Source of the DNA: Candidatus Eiseniibacteriota bacterium
Lineage (GTDB): Bacteria; Eisenbacteria; RBG-16-71-46; SZUA-252
Direction of reading: 5' to 3'
NCBI GenBank assembly: GCA_031370645.1
Contig: JANMQV010000120.1
Coordinates: forward strand, 1 to 17,469
DNA: 17,469 nucleotides
The stretch's first letter is position 1. The number at the start of each line of letters is the position of its first letter. The position numbers and the translations under genes were made by a program. Positions 9,640 through 17,469 of this stretch are shown here, in pieces. The notes under the pieces were generated by a model, which searched no databases, was not told where the DNA came from, and saw only the letters and a list, made by a program, of their open reading frames with translations.

Positions 9640-10926
9640 ATGTCGAACGAGTTGTGCTTCGTAGTGGTGCCCTTCGGCCGAAGGCAAGGTCCTACAGGCA
9701 CCTGGATCGACTTCGATAGCCTCTACCAAGATATCATCGAACCCGCCATCAAACACGCTGGCTTCGATGCCATCCGCGCGGAGCAGGGGGATGTACTCGG
9801 CGGTGTCACCCACAAGCCGATGTCTGAGCGGCTGGTCCTGTGTCACGTTGCTATTGCGGACCTGACAGTGGCCAGCGCCAAGGTCTGCTACGAACTCGGC
9901 GTTCGACATGCCGTCCGCCCACACCGCACCGTGATGCTCTTTGCCGCCGGTGGGTGTCTGCCGTTTGATGCGGAGGACCTTCGCGGCATTCCATACCGAC
10001 TCGGAGCCGACGGCAAGCCGAAGGATGTTGACGGCATGCGAGAGGCGATCGTCGACGCGTTGCGCGCGGCCCGGTCTGCCGACGCCGATAGCCCCATCTT
10101 CCAGCTCGCCAATGGTCTGCCGGCACTTCAACTCGATCACCCGAGAACGGACGTATTCCGCGAGAACCTGGGGGACAGCCAAGAGATGAGGATGCGCCTT
10201 GCGCAAGCGAGAACTCGGAATGTGGGCAGTCTCGAGGGGCTCCACGCTCTCGAGGCTGAGCTGGGAGACGTCTCCGATGTGAAGGTCGGAGTCGCTATCG
10301 ATCTCTTCCTCTCCTATCGCTCCATCGAGGCCTGGAAGGACATGATTCGGCTAAAGAATCTCCTGTCCCGACCCTTGCAGGAATCCGTGATGATTCAGCA
10401 GCAGTTCGCCCTGGCGCTCAATCGCGACGGGCGAGGCGAGGACGCCGAACTCGTCCTGCTTCAGCTCCTCGCGCGGCACGGACCATCCAGTGAGTCGTAC
10501 GGTATCCTCGGCCGCGTGTACAAGGACCGCTGGATTAATGCGTTCCGAGCCGGCGAGACATTCCGTGCGCAGGGGTTGCTGGACGAGGCGATAGACGCGT
10601 ACTTGAGTGGATTTCAGACGGACTGGCGCGATGCATACCCGGGGATCAACGCGCTAACGCTGATGGAGATCCGCGATCCGCACGACGGCCGCAAGCGGGA
10701 AATTCTCCCGGTCGTCAAATATGCCGTGACGCGTCGCCTCGCCTCCGGCAGCCCGACCTATTGGGACCACGCAATGCTTTTGGAGCTGGAAGTGCTGGGT
10801 GGTGATGAAGCCGCTGCGGCGGATGCTCTATCGACTACCCTAAGAGAGGTCCGCGAAGTCTGGGAGCCCGACACGACGGCCCTCAATCTGGGCTTGATTC
10901 GCGAAGCCCGCGCACGCCGGTCGTGA
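9640..10926 (+). CDS. Nucleoside 2-deoxyribosyltransferase-like (DRHyd) domain + DUF4071 / MAP3K TRAF-binding / TPR-S protein
   Basis: N-terminal CFVVVPFG...DFDSLY..IIEPAI...IADLT....VCYELGVRHA..LPFD; C-terminal LFLSYR, QQFALALNR, SSESYGILGRVYKDRW, AIDAYLSGF, YPGINALTL, YWDHA, WEPDTT..NL..I motifs. GGAG RBS before ATG 9640. Confidence 0.85.
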   Translation: MSNELCFVVVPFGRRQGPTGTWIDFDSLYQDIIEPAIKHAGFDAIRAEQGDVLGGVTHKPMSERLVLCHVAIADLTVASAKVCYELGVRHAVRPHRTVMLFAAGGCLPFDAEDLRGIPYRLGADGKPKDVDGMREAIVDALRAARSADADSPIFQLANGLPALQLDHPRTDVFRENLGDSQEMRMRLAQARTRNVGSLEGLHALEAELGDVSDVKVGVAIDLFLSYRSIEAWKDMIRLKNLLSRPLQESVMIQQQFALALNRDGRGEDAELVLLQLLARHGPSSESYGILGRVYKDRWINAFRAGETFRAQGLLDEAIDAYLSGFQTDWRDAYPGINALTLMEIRDPHDGRKREILPVVKYAVTRRLASGSPTYWDHAMLLELEVLGGDEAAAADALSTTLREVREVWEPDTTALNLGLIREARARRS

Positions 10927-10975
10927 ACCCCTCGGCAGGCGATCATCGACGGAGGCAGAACTGGCAAAGAAAAAG

Positions 10976-11380
10976 ATGAAACCGCAGGCGGGGGAACGTC
11001 GCAACGTCTTCATCAGTTTTGCCGATGAAGACGAGCCGATGGTCGACCTGTTACGCGGCCAAGCCCAGAGCGAGGACAGCGCTGTGGACTTCAATGATTG
11101 GTCGCTGCGTGCGCCGTTCGCCACCAAGCGGGCCGAAACCATCCGCAGGGGCATCCGCAAGCGCATCCGGCAGGCGTCCCTGACCCTTGTCTACGTGTCG
11201 AAACATACAGCCGAGAGCGAGTGGGTGAATTGGGAGGTTGAAGAGAGCGTCAAACTCGAGAAAAAGGTAGTCGGAGTCTACAAGGGAAAGATTCCAGGGC
11301 GACTGCCTCCCGCGATCAAGAAGCATAGGATCCGAGTCATTGCCTGGACCCACAAAGAGATCGCTAAGGCGCTGAAGTAG
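10976..11380 (+). CDS. TIR domain protein, MTH538/DUF1863 (ThsB-like)
   Basis: RRNVFISF..ED, DFNDWSL, IRKRIRQASLTLVYVS..TAESEWVNWEVEES...KKVVGV; the putative catalytic Glu in WVxWE is present. Confidence 0.88.
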   Translation: MKPQAGERRNVFISFADEDEPMVDLLRGQAQSEDSAVDFNDWSLRAPFATKRAETIRRGIRKRIRQASLTLVYVSKHTAESEWVNWEVEESVKLEKKVVGVYKGKIPGRLPPAIKKHRIRVIAWTHKEIAKALK

Positions 11381-11397
11381 GCGGCCGAGCGGGTGCG

Positions 11398-11433
11398 AGG
11401 AGCCCCAGCGGGATGACCCACGTGGGGCTTCCT
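11398..11433. terminator. Imperfect hairpin between convergent genes
   Basis: AGGAGCCCCA-GC-GGG-ATGA-CCC-ACG-TGGGGCTTCCT followed by GCTTT. Confidence 0.45.
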
Positions 11434-11465
11434 GCTTTGGGGCGCGAACGGTAGCTCTCGGCAAG

Positions 11466-12029
11466 TCACTCCGTCGGTTCTACGCCAGGACCGTTCTGCG
11501 CGCGCGCCGCGCGTCGAAACAACAACCCGGATCCGACAAACAGCATGGCGAAGAGCGCATTCAGACCAAACAAACCCAAGACACCGGAGGGTACCGGGGG
11601 CTTCCAGATCGTCAGCGCAATCACGGGGACCAACATTTGAGCGAGCGCTGTCGCGAACAACACGCGTGCCATCCCACGCGGCTCTAAGCGCACGATGGCG
11701 GCACCAATGAATCCGACGGCAAGCACCCCGATATACATCAAGTTAGCGGGGTTGTCCTCGTCCCCGATGATGCCGACGGCAAGATTCAGCCAGACGAGGA
11801 GGAGCGCTGCCGCGAGCGCCAGGCCGACGGCCGCTCGGTACGCGAGATTCCCCCCCTTCCTCGCTACCAGCTCATAGGTGAAACCAGCGCCTAACAGGAG
11901 GGCGCCGGCTACAACAAAATCAGCGAGGTCCCAGTTCACTTCATGGGTAAACTGCATCGCCAACAGGGGCAGCAGCAATAGGAACGCTGTCGTGAGCAGA
12001 ATGCGGATCATCGCTTTGTTTTGCATCAT
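11466..12029 (-). CDS. Hypothetical integral membrane protein (about 6 TM)
   Basis: LLLLPLLAMQFTHEVNWDLADFVVAGALL, YRAAVGLAL..LLLVWLNLAVGIIGDEDNPANLMY pattern with multiple hydrophobic helices. AAGGA RBS before ATG 12029/12026. Confidence 0.85.
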   Translation of the reverse strand: MMQNKAMIRILLTTAFLLLLPLLAMQFTHEVNWDLADFVVAGALLLGAGFTYELVARKGGNLAYRAAVGLALAAALLLVWLNLAVGIIGDEDNPANLMYIGVLAVGFIGAAIVRLEPRGMARVLFATALAQMLVPVIALTIWKPPVPSGVLGLFGLNALFAMLFVGSGLLFRRAARAQNGPGVEPTE

Positions 12030-12096
12030 GACGAATGTCGTCCTTTCTTCAAATCGGGATTCAGCCCCCAGCACACTTCACGCAACCTACACGAAG

Positions 12097-12140
12097 TACT
12101 TTATAACATAAAGCATAATCGCGAGGAAGGCGCCTGTCGA
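12097..12140 (-). promoter_or_regulatory. sigma70 promoter with the same palindromic operator as creD
   Basis: -35 TCGACA (12135-12140), 17 nt, -10 TATGCT (12112-12117). TACTTT-N7-AAAGCA at 12097-12115. Confidence 0.75.
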
Positions 12141-12196
12141 GCATTTTCACGGGCCCTCGCGCGTCACCATCACGTTCCCTGGCTTGAGAGTCGCGG
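12136..12196 (-). pseudogene. Ser/Thr kinase fragment (subdomains VIb-[22 protein letters not shown])
   Basis: Nucleotide alignment to the kinase at 17051-17111 (ccctcgcgcgtcaccat.acgttccc.ggcttgaga) with two 1-nt indels. Confidence 0.8.
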
Positions 12197-12229
12197 CAAG
12201 CAGAACCGGGCGCGAATCGGGACCGCGGC

Positions 12230-13177
12230 TCAGGCAGCGGACTGCTCGTGCCAACTGAGGACACGCAGCGCACGGAGTGTGTTCCACCGGCTGGGCCGAC
12301 CGTCGCCGTCCTCGAGCGTAAAGTGGACCTTGCCGGGATGCGAGTTCTCCAAGAGCCACGTGCCATCGGGTTGCTGCTTGGATCGGAGCGAATCGATCGC
12401 TTCGTCCATCCGCGAGTCCGGCGCGTCCCCGACCAAACGGAAGTATTCGAGGGCACGCAGCACGTCGTAGAGCCAGCGGGTCGGAAAGGAGAATTGCAGC
12501 CAGGCGGGGTTGACGACTTGGCCGGTGCTCTTACGTCGGACCAGATTTCGTTCGAGGAGGTATTCCTCGCCCCGGCGCCGAGCCGCGATCAATTCCGTAG
12601 AGCCACCCGTTGCGCGCTCGTGCGCCAAGAGCCCTTCCAGGACGTTGATCGTGGTCGCGAACGACGAGCGGACGGAACCGTTCTCCGCCTCGCAGTTCCA
12701 TCCGCCGTCCTCGAGCTGCTCACCCAGTAGGCGGGCGACCACGCCATCCACATCTTGATCAAAGTAGGAGCCCAACATGACGGTCCTGCCATTGATGCAC
12801 GGCTCGACCTCGCCGCTGAAGAACGGCTGCCCGGCGTGCTCCCAACGGCAGTGGTCTCTGGCCAGCGCCACCGCCCGGCGCACTCCGTCTGAGGATGGGT
12901 CGACCCCGAAATCATGCAGCAGCTGGAGTGTCGGCAGCGTGGAGGTCCAGGGCTGCCCCTGGTTCTCGGCGCGCCGCCACCCCTCAGCAGGAAAGCACGC
13001 GCCTCCCGCCCACTGGCCGTCTTCGCCCTGCAATGCCAGCAGCCTGGCACCCCAGCCCTCGGTTGCCACCCGCGCGCGCTCCGAGGCGACGACCTCAGCC
13101 GGCGCACGGACGAGATCGCGCAACACCTGCCAGCGGATGGCGGGATCCGAATCGAGCAGCCAGTCCAGTGGGGGCAT
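12230..13177 (-). CDS. Prenyltransferase/squalene-cyclase-repeat (alpha-alpha toroid) protein of unknown function
   Basis: [15 protein letters not shown]-type repeats ([26 protein letters not shown]), [18 protein letters not shown]. No DXDD cyclase motif seen. Confidence 0.75.
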   Translation of the reverse strand: MPPLDWLLDSDPAIRWQVLRDLVRAPAEVVASERARVATEGWGARLLALQGEDGQWAGGACFPAEGWRRAENQGQPWTSTLPTLQLLHDFGVDPSSDGVRRAVALARDHCRWEHAGQPFFSGEVEPCINGRTVMLGSYFDQDVDGVVARLLGEQLEDGGWNCEAENGSVRSSFATTINVLEGLLAHERATGGSTELIAARRRGEEYLLERNLVRRKSTGQVVNPAWLQFSFPTRWLYDVLRALEYFRLVGDAPDSRMDEAIDSLRSKQQPDGTWLLENSHPGKVHFTLEDGDGRPSRWNTLRALRVLSWHEQSAA

Positions 13178-13191
13178 GCGACTGGGATCCC

Positions 13192-13611
<420 letters not shown>

Positions 13612-13827
13612 GTTCTGATCCTAGGAATATGGAGATACGTCGTCAACCCGATTGGGACAAAGTTGGCCAACGGGCTGGCAGAGGAGGGGGAACCAGGTAA
13701 ACAGTCGTACTCGCAATTGGATGGCGGCATGGCCACGTGGCTAGGGTGACCTTCCTTGCTCGGCTAACGGTGGCCAGCCGTTGCCAGGAATGGCCAACCT
13801 GACCGTAGCCACGACCGAAGCCGGTGG

Positions 13828-13914
13828 CGCGAGGTGGCCGTGAAGATCCTGCAGCAGCACCTCTCCGACCACCCCGACGTGCGTGCGCGCTTCGAGCGCG
13901 AGGTCAAGGTGATC
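13828..13914 (+). pseudogene. Ser/Thr kinase fragment (subdomains II-III)
   Basis: Translates REVAVKILQQHLSDHPDVRARFEREVKVI, versus [29 protein letters not shown] in the intact kinase. No kinase sequence on either side. Confidence 0.75.
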
Positions 13915-13918
13915 CGGG

Positions 13919-14275
13919 CTAAGCCTGGCCCGCCTCGGACACGTGGGGGAGCTGCCGCGATGCCGCTGGAGTGAAGCGGAGCAGGGCGCGGAAGGCGGCT
14001 GCATGAGCCTCGGGGCGCCAGGTGGATCCGGCGTACAACGCGGCGAGCAGATCGCGCCATCGAAGCAACTCGCGCCGGAGGCCGCGGCCCGTGTTGGCCC
14101 CAACCGTGAGGTCGACGAGTGCCAGAGCCCGCTCATACGCATTCCGTCGGCGGGTCTCGTCACCGGTATCGAGGAACTTCGATCCACGATTCATCTCGTT
14201 CGCGATCATCAGAATTTGCTGATCGAGGGTGAACCGGCTCCATCGTTCCAAGGTTAGAGCGGCGTGCTGGGCCAT
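13919..14275 (-). CDS. Hypothetical helical protein, partner of DUF5674 gene
   Basis: ERWSRFTLDQQILMIANEMNR...YERALALVDLT...RELLRWRD, predicted all-helical. Start lies 1 nt after the DUF5674 stop. Confidence 0.75.
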   Translation of the reverse strand: MAQHAALTLERWSRFTLDQQILMIANEMNRGSKFLDTGDETRRRNAYERALALVDLTVGANTGRGLRRELLRWRDLLAALYAGSTWRPEAHAAAFRALLRFTPAASRQLPHVSEAGQA

Positions 14276-14276
14276 G

Positions 14277-14639
14277 TCAGAGCTCCTCGCCTTGGCCGAT
14301 CAACGCGAACGTCAGTGCGCGAACGCGCTCCCGAAGTTCCGGATCCTCGAGTTCCATTCCGGGATTTGAGCTCGCGGGACGTATGTTGATCAGCGAAGTG
14401 AACTCGATGCATTTCTCCGGCGACGCGCCCGGATAGTAGTTCGCGCCCCAGAGATTCTCCTGCCGACTTCCGGAATCCAGCAATAGCGCTTCGGCGTCCG
14501 CATGAAGCTCGCCGCCGACGGCGATGACCCCGCGTTCTATGTCGACCACGTACTTCACCATGTCACCGAAGCCGTCGGCAACGAGGCGCCGGAGGTCGTC
14601 CGTGGCGATTCGTTCCTGAAGTATCTCTATTTCGGGCAT
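14277..14639 (-). CDS. DUF5674 family protein
   Basis: FGDMVKYVVDIERGVIAVGGELHADAEALLLDSGSRQENLWGANYYP...IEFTSLINIRP..N. Confidence 0.88.
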   Translation of the reverse strand: MPEIEILQERIATDDLRRLVADGFGDMVKYVVDIERGVIAVGGELHADAEALLLDSGSRQENLWGANYYPGASPEKCIEFTSLINIRPASSNPGMELEDPELRERVRALTFALIGQGEEL

Positions 14640-14686
14640 CTCACGCCTCGAACCCCATTCTCTTCATGAACGCACCCCACCGCGGA

Positions 14687-14761
14687 TTGGCCCATGGCGC
14701 AGGCACCAAGGGTGCCGACGATCTCGTAGGCGCCGAGGCGGGTGCTGGAGGATAGAGGCAT
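14687..14761 (-). pseudogene. Ser/Thr kinase N-terminal fragment (start + Gly-rich loop)
   Basis: ATG 14761 gives MPLSSSTRLGAYEIVGTLGACAMGQ, versus (E)[13 protein letters not shown] at the window end. Similarity is then lost. Confidence 0.75.
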
Positions 14762-14946
14762 AGCCGAGCAGTCTAGCCGCCGGGGCGCGGCCTGTCAGCA
14801 GTCACGAAAGGGCAGGGAAGGCGCGATTTCCGATGGGGCCTGCGCTCCCGGGCGCACGGAAGGAAGCTCCTCTACTCGGTCGCCATGCACACGATGGCGC
14901 TCCGGCACGGATCAAGTGCCGTGATCCTTGGCGCTCGAATTCCCGC

Positions 14947-15036
14947 CTATCGGCCCAGCAGTTCAATTTCGGCGATCTGCATCGCGATAAGCGTCATCAA
15001 GATCACTGCCGACGCGAATCCGAAGTGGAATGGCAT
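14947..15036 (-). CDS. Putative 29-aa hydrophobic small protein MPFHFGFASAVILMTLIAMQIAEIELLGR
   Basis: SD AAGGAG 8 nt before ATG; one TM-length hydrophobic stretch. Below the ORF-track size cutoff. Confidence 0.4.
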   Translation of the reverse strand: MPFHFGFASAVILMTLIAMQIAEIELLGR

Positions 15037-15229
15037 CCGATGGTCTCCTTCGAGCTGGGCAACGTACGCTCACGTTCGACGGGCTACGATATCACTGCCG
15101 GGGACGCGAGTGGAGTGCCACCTGACCCCTAACCCTGCAACTGACGCGCGGGAGGGGATGGATTACCGTCGCTCCCGCTTCGACCGTAGCCGGTAGTTTG
15201 TCCAACAACCCTCCATCAGTCTTGTCGAA

Positions 15230-17469
15230 TCATTCCAGGACGCCCAGGCGGCGGAGGAGATCAATCATCCTCGGGTCCGAGCGGATGGTTTGGAAAATAG
15301 GATCGTACGTGTGCCAGAGCAACCACTGATCGCGCTCTTCGTATGCACGCTCCAGCCACTCGAATACTTGGTCCACGCGGCCCAGACCGAGATGCGCGAT
15401 CGCCACACTGAGGGCGGGAACCCAACCGTGTTGGGCGCGGTCGTGCAGCATCGCGAGCTGGCCCTCTGCATCACTCCGCCGGTCCGCGAGAGCATACGCA
15501 GCGGCGAGATATCCGATCGCGTAAGGGCTCCCACCCGAGCAGCGCACCGCTTCTTCGAACGACCCAATTGCTTCCTCCCCCTTCCCAAGCGCGCCTGCGA
15601 CAATGCCGCTACCGAAATGCGGGAACCATGAGGTCGGGTCGATCTCCCGCAAAATCTCTAATTGATGCGAAGCTCGGTCGTAGTCGCCCAGCGCCCAGTA
15701 TACCCAGGCGAGGATGTAGTTCCAGAAGGCCGCCAGCGGATCCAGTTCGACAGCGCGCTTGGCGGCGACCACGGCGTCATCGGGTCGCCCAGAATAGAGC
15801 TCCACCTGCGCCAGCACGGCATAGGCGTGTCCCAGGTGCGGACCGACTTCGAGCGCTCGCATCAAGGCGGCTCGAGCTGCCGGCTGGTTCCACTCGTAGA
15901 GCATGTGGTAGACGCCAGTGAGGGTCCAGGCCTCCGCCAGCTCTTGATCGAGCGCCAGCGCTTTGGTGAGCGCGGCCTTTGCCTTCGGCCACGCCTCGCG
16001 CGGTGGGGTGGTGACAGCGCTCTCCGCGGCAAAGACGTCCGCCAGCCCGAAGTGCGCCGGCGCATAATTCGCATCAAGCTCAATCGCGCGTTCGAAGCAT
16101 TCCCGGGCCTTCTGCAGCCCCTCCGCCGTCCACTTCTGCCAGTGGTGCCGGCCCTTGAGGTAGAACTGATAGGCCTCGACGTTGAGGGTCGGCCGCTTCG
16201 CTATCGCCGCCTGCTCCTCGCCGAGCAAGTTCACTTTCAGCGCACCGGCAATCGCGAGCGCGATCTCGTCCTGGACTTGAAAGATGTCCTCGAGCTGACG
16301 GTCGTAGCGTTCCGACCATAGGTGGTAGCCGTCGGAGACCTTCACGAGTTGGACGGTGATCCGCACCCGGTTGCCCACCTTGCGGACGCTGCCCTCGAGG
16401 ACGGTGGCGACGTTCAGCTTCTGGCCGATCGTAGCGATGTCGTCGCTCTTGCCCTTGAACTGGAACGATGAAGTGCGCGCCGATACGCGCAGCCCCTTGA
16501 TCTTTGACAGCACGTTGAGCAGTTCGTCGGCGAGGCCGTCGGAGAAGTATTCGTCCTCCTCGTCGCGGCTGCGGTTGACGAAGGGGAGCACGGCGATCGA
16601 GGCAACTCTGCCCGAGGCCGGGTTCTCCGGCTTTCCGCGCTCCAAGTCGCGACGGATGGTTCGAAGCTCGTTCGACACATCGAGGGCCGTTTGGAAGCGC
16701 TCCCGCGGGTTCTTCTGCAAACATCGGCTCACGATGCGCCCGAGGTCGGACGGGAGATCGGTTCGGAGTCGGGCCAGCGGCTCCGGCGTGTCGCGGAGGA
16801 TGGCGTGACTTACGTCGATGGATGTTTCGCCGGTGAAGGGCCGGAGGCCGGTGGAGAGTTCGTAGACGATGATCCCGAGCGCGAAGAGATCCGATCGCGC
16901 ATCCACCGTCTCGCCGCGGATCTGCTCCGGCGCCATGTAAGGCACGGTGCCGAGCACCTGGCCCGCGCCCGAGATGGGGGACTCTGCCGTGGCGTCGATG
17001 GTGGCTCCAGGATCAGGCCCCTCGGTAACCGCCATTTTCGCGAGGCCGAAATCCAACACCTTCACGCGTCCCTCGCGCGTCACCATGACGTTCCCGGGCT
17101 TGAGATCGCGGTGGATCACACCGCGCTCGTGGGCGGCGATGAGGGCGTCGATCAAGGGGATCGAGAGTTCGAGCACACGAGAGAGCGGAAGCCCGCCGGG
17201 GGTGATGAGATTGGAGAGGGTCTGTCCTTCGACCAGTTCCATCGTGAGGAAACGGACGCCGTCCTCATCCTCGACCGAGTGGAGCGTGACGATGTTCGGA
17301 TGATTGAGCCCCGCGACCGTGCGCGCCTCGCGCTCGAAGCGGACCAATCTGTCCGGCGAAGTGGCCACCGCCTCAGGCAGCACCTTGACCGCGACTTCGC
17401 GGCCCAGGCGGAGATCCTTCGCGCGATAGACCTCGCCCATCCCTCCGGCTCCGAGGGGGCCGATGATCT
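15230..17469 (-). CDS. Hanks-type Ser/Thr protein kinase with TolB_N-like (SIAVLPF) domain and TPR repeats (5' end beyond window)
   Basis: Frame stays open to the window edge ([16 protein letters not shown]); [47 protein letters not shown] helices, DP.F..IRSDPR C-terminus. Confidence 0.96.
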   Translation of the reverse strand, partial: IIGPLGAGGMGEVYRAKDLRLGREVAVKVLPEAVATSPDRLVRFEREARTVAGLNHPNIVTLHSVEDEDGVRFLTMELVEGQTLSNLITPGGLPLSRVLELSIPLIDALIAAHERGVIHRDLKPGNVMVTREGRVKVLDFGLAKMAVTEGPDPGATIDATAESPISGAGQVLGTVPYMAPEQIRGETVDARSDLFALGIIVYELSTGLRPFTGETSIDVSHAILRDTPEPLARLRTDLPSDLGRIVSRCLQKNPRERFQTALDVSNELRTIRRDLERGKPENPASGRVASIAVLPFVNRSRDEEDEYFSDGLADELLNVLSKIKGLRVSARTSSFQFKGKSDDIATIGQKLNVATVLEGSVRKVGNRVRITVQLVKVSDGYHLWSERYDRQLEDIFQVQDEIALAIAGALKVNLLGEEQAAIAKRPTLNVEAYQFYLKGRHHWQKWTAEGLQKARECFERAIELDANYAPAHFGLADVFAAESAVTTPPREAWPKAKAALTKALALDQELAEAWTLTGVYHMLYEWNQPAARAALMRALEVGPHLGHAYAVLAQVELYSGRPDDAVVAAKRAVELDPLAAFWNYILAWVYWALGDYDRASHQLEILREIDPTSWFPHFGSGIVAGALGKGEEAIGSFEEAVRCSGGSPYAIGYLAAAYALADRRSDAEGQLAMLHDRAQHGWVPALSVAIAHLGLGRVDQVFEWLERAYEERDQWLLWHTYDPIFQTIRSDPRMIDLLRRLGVLE

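Noticed and set aside
10976-11380. Calling the locus a canonical Thoeris system (thsB)
   Set aside because: No ThsA-type effector is present in the window, so no gene symbol was assigned.
13762-13810. Imperfect inverted repeat GGCTAACGGT...ACCGTAGCC suggestive of an integron attC site
   Set aside because: The right end lacks GTTRRRY, no L boxes are evident, there is no integrase and no recurring sites after other genes.
14833-15196. Plus-strand ORFs of 99 and 103 aa
   Set aside because: No RBS, no motifs, atypical composition; the minus-strand small ORF has better translation signals.

Overview
GC-rich bacterial chromosomal window. The kinase-TolB_N-like-TPR gene architecture is of the kind common in Acidobacteria/Gemmatimonadota/Eisenbacteria-like genomes, but the taxon cannot be assigned from this window alone. 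Left part, all on the minus strand: pntAB transhydrogenase (pntB runs off the left edge), a secreted Gln/Arg-repeat protein behind a sigma54-type promoter, an NTF2-like protein and a class A PBP. Next come a plus-strand 38-aa very basic peptide with its own promoter/RBS/terminator and creD (minus). The right part is a patchwork accessory region: a plus-strand pair encoding a deoxyribosyltransferase-like/DUF4071 (TPR-S) protein and a ThsB-like TIR protein (candidate nucleotide-signalling defence module, possibly one frameshifted fusion), a membrane protein sharing a promoter-operator with creD, a prenyltransferase-repeat protein plus DUF1801, a DUF5674 two-gene pair and a Ser/Thr kinase-TPR gene that runs off the right edge. 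Three short degenerate pieces of Ser/Thr kinase coding sequence sit at junctions between these accessory blocks. All family assignments come from motif recognition by eye, not from database searches.
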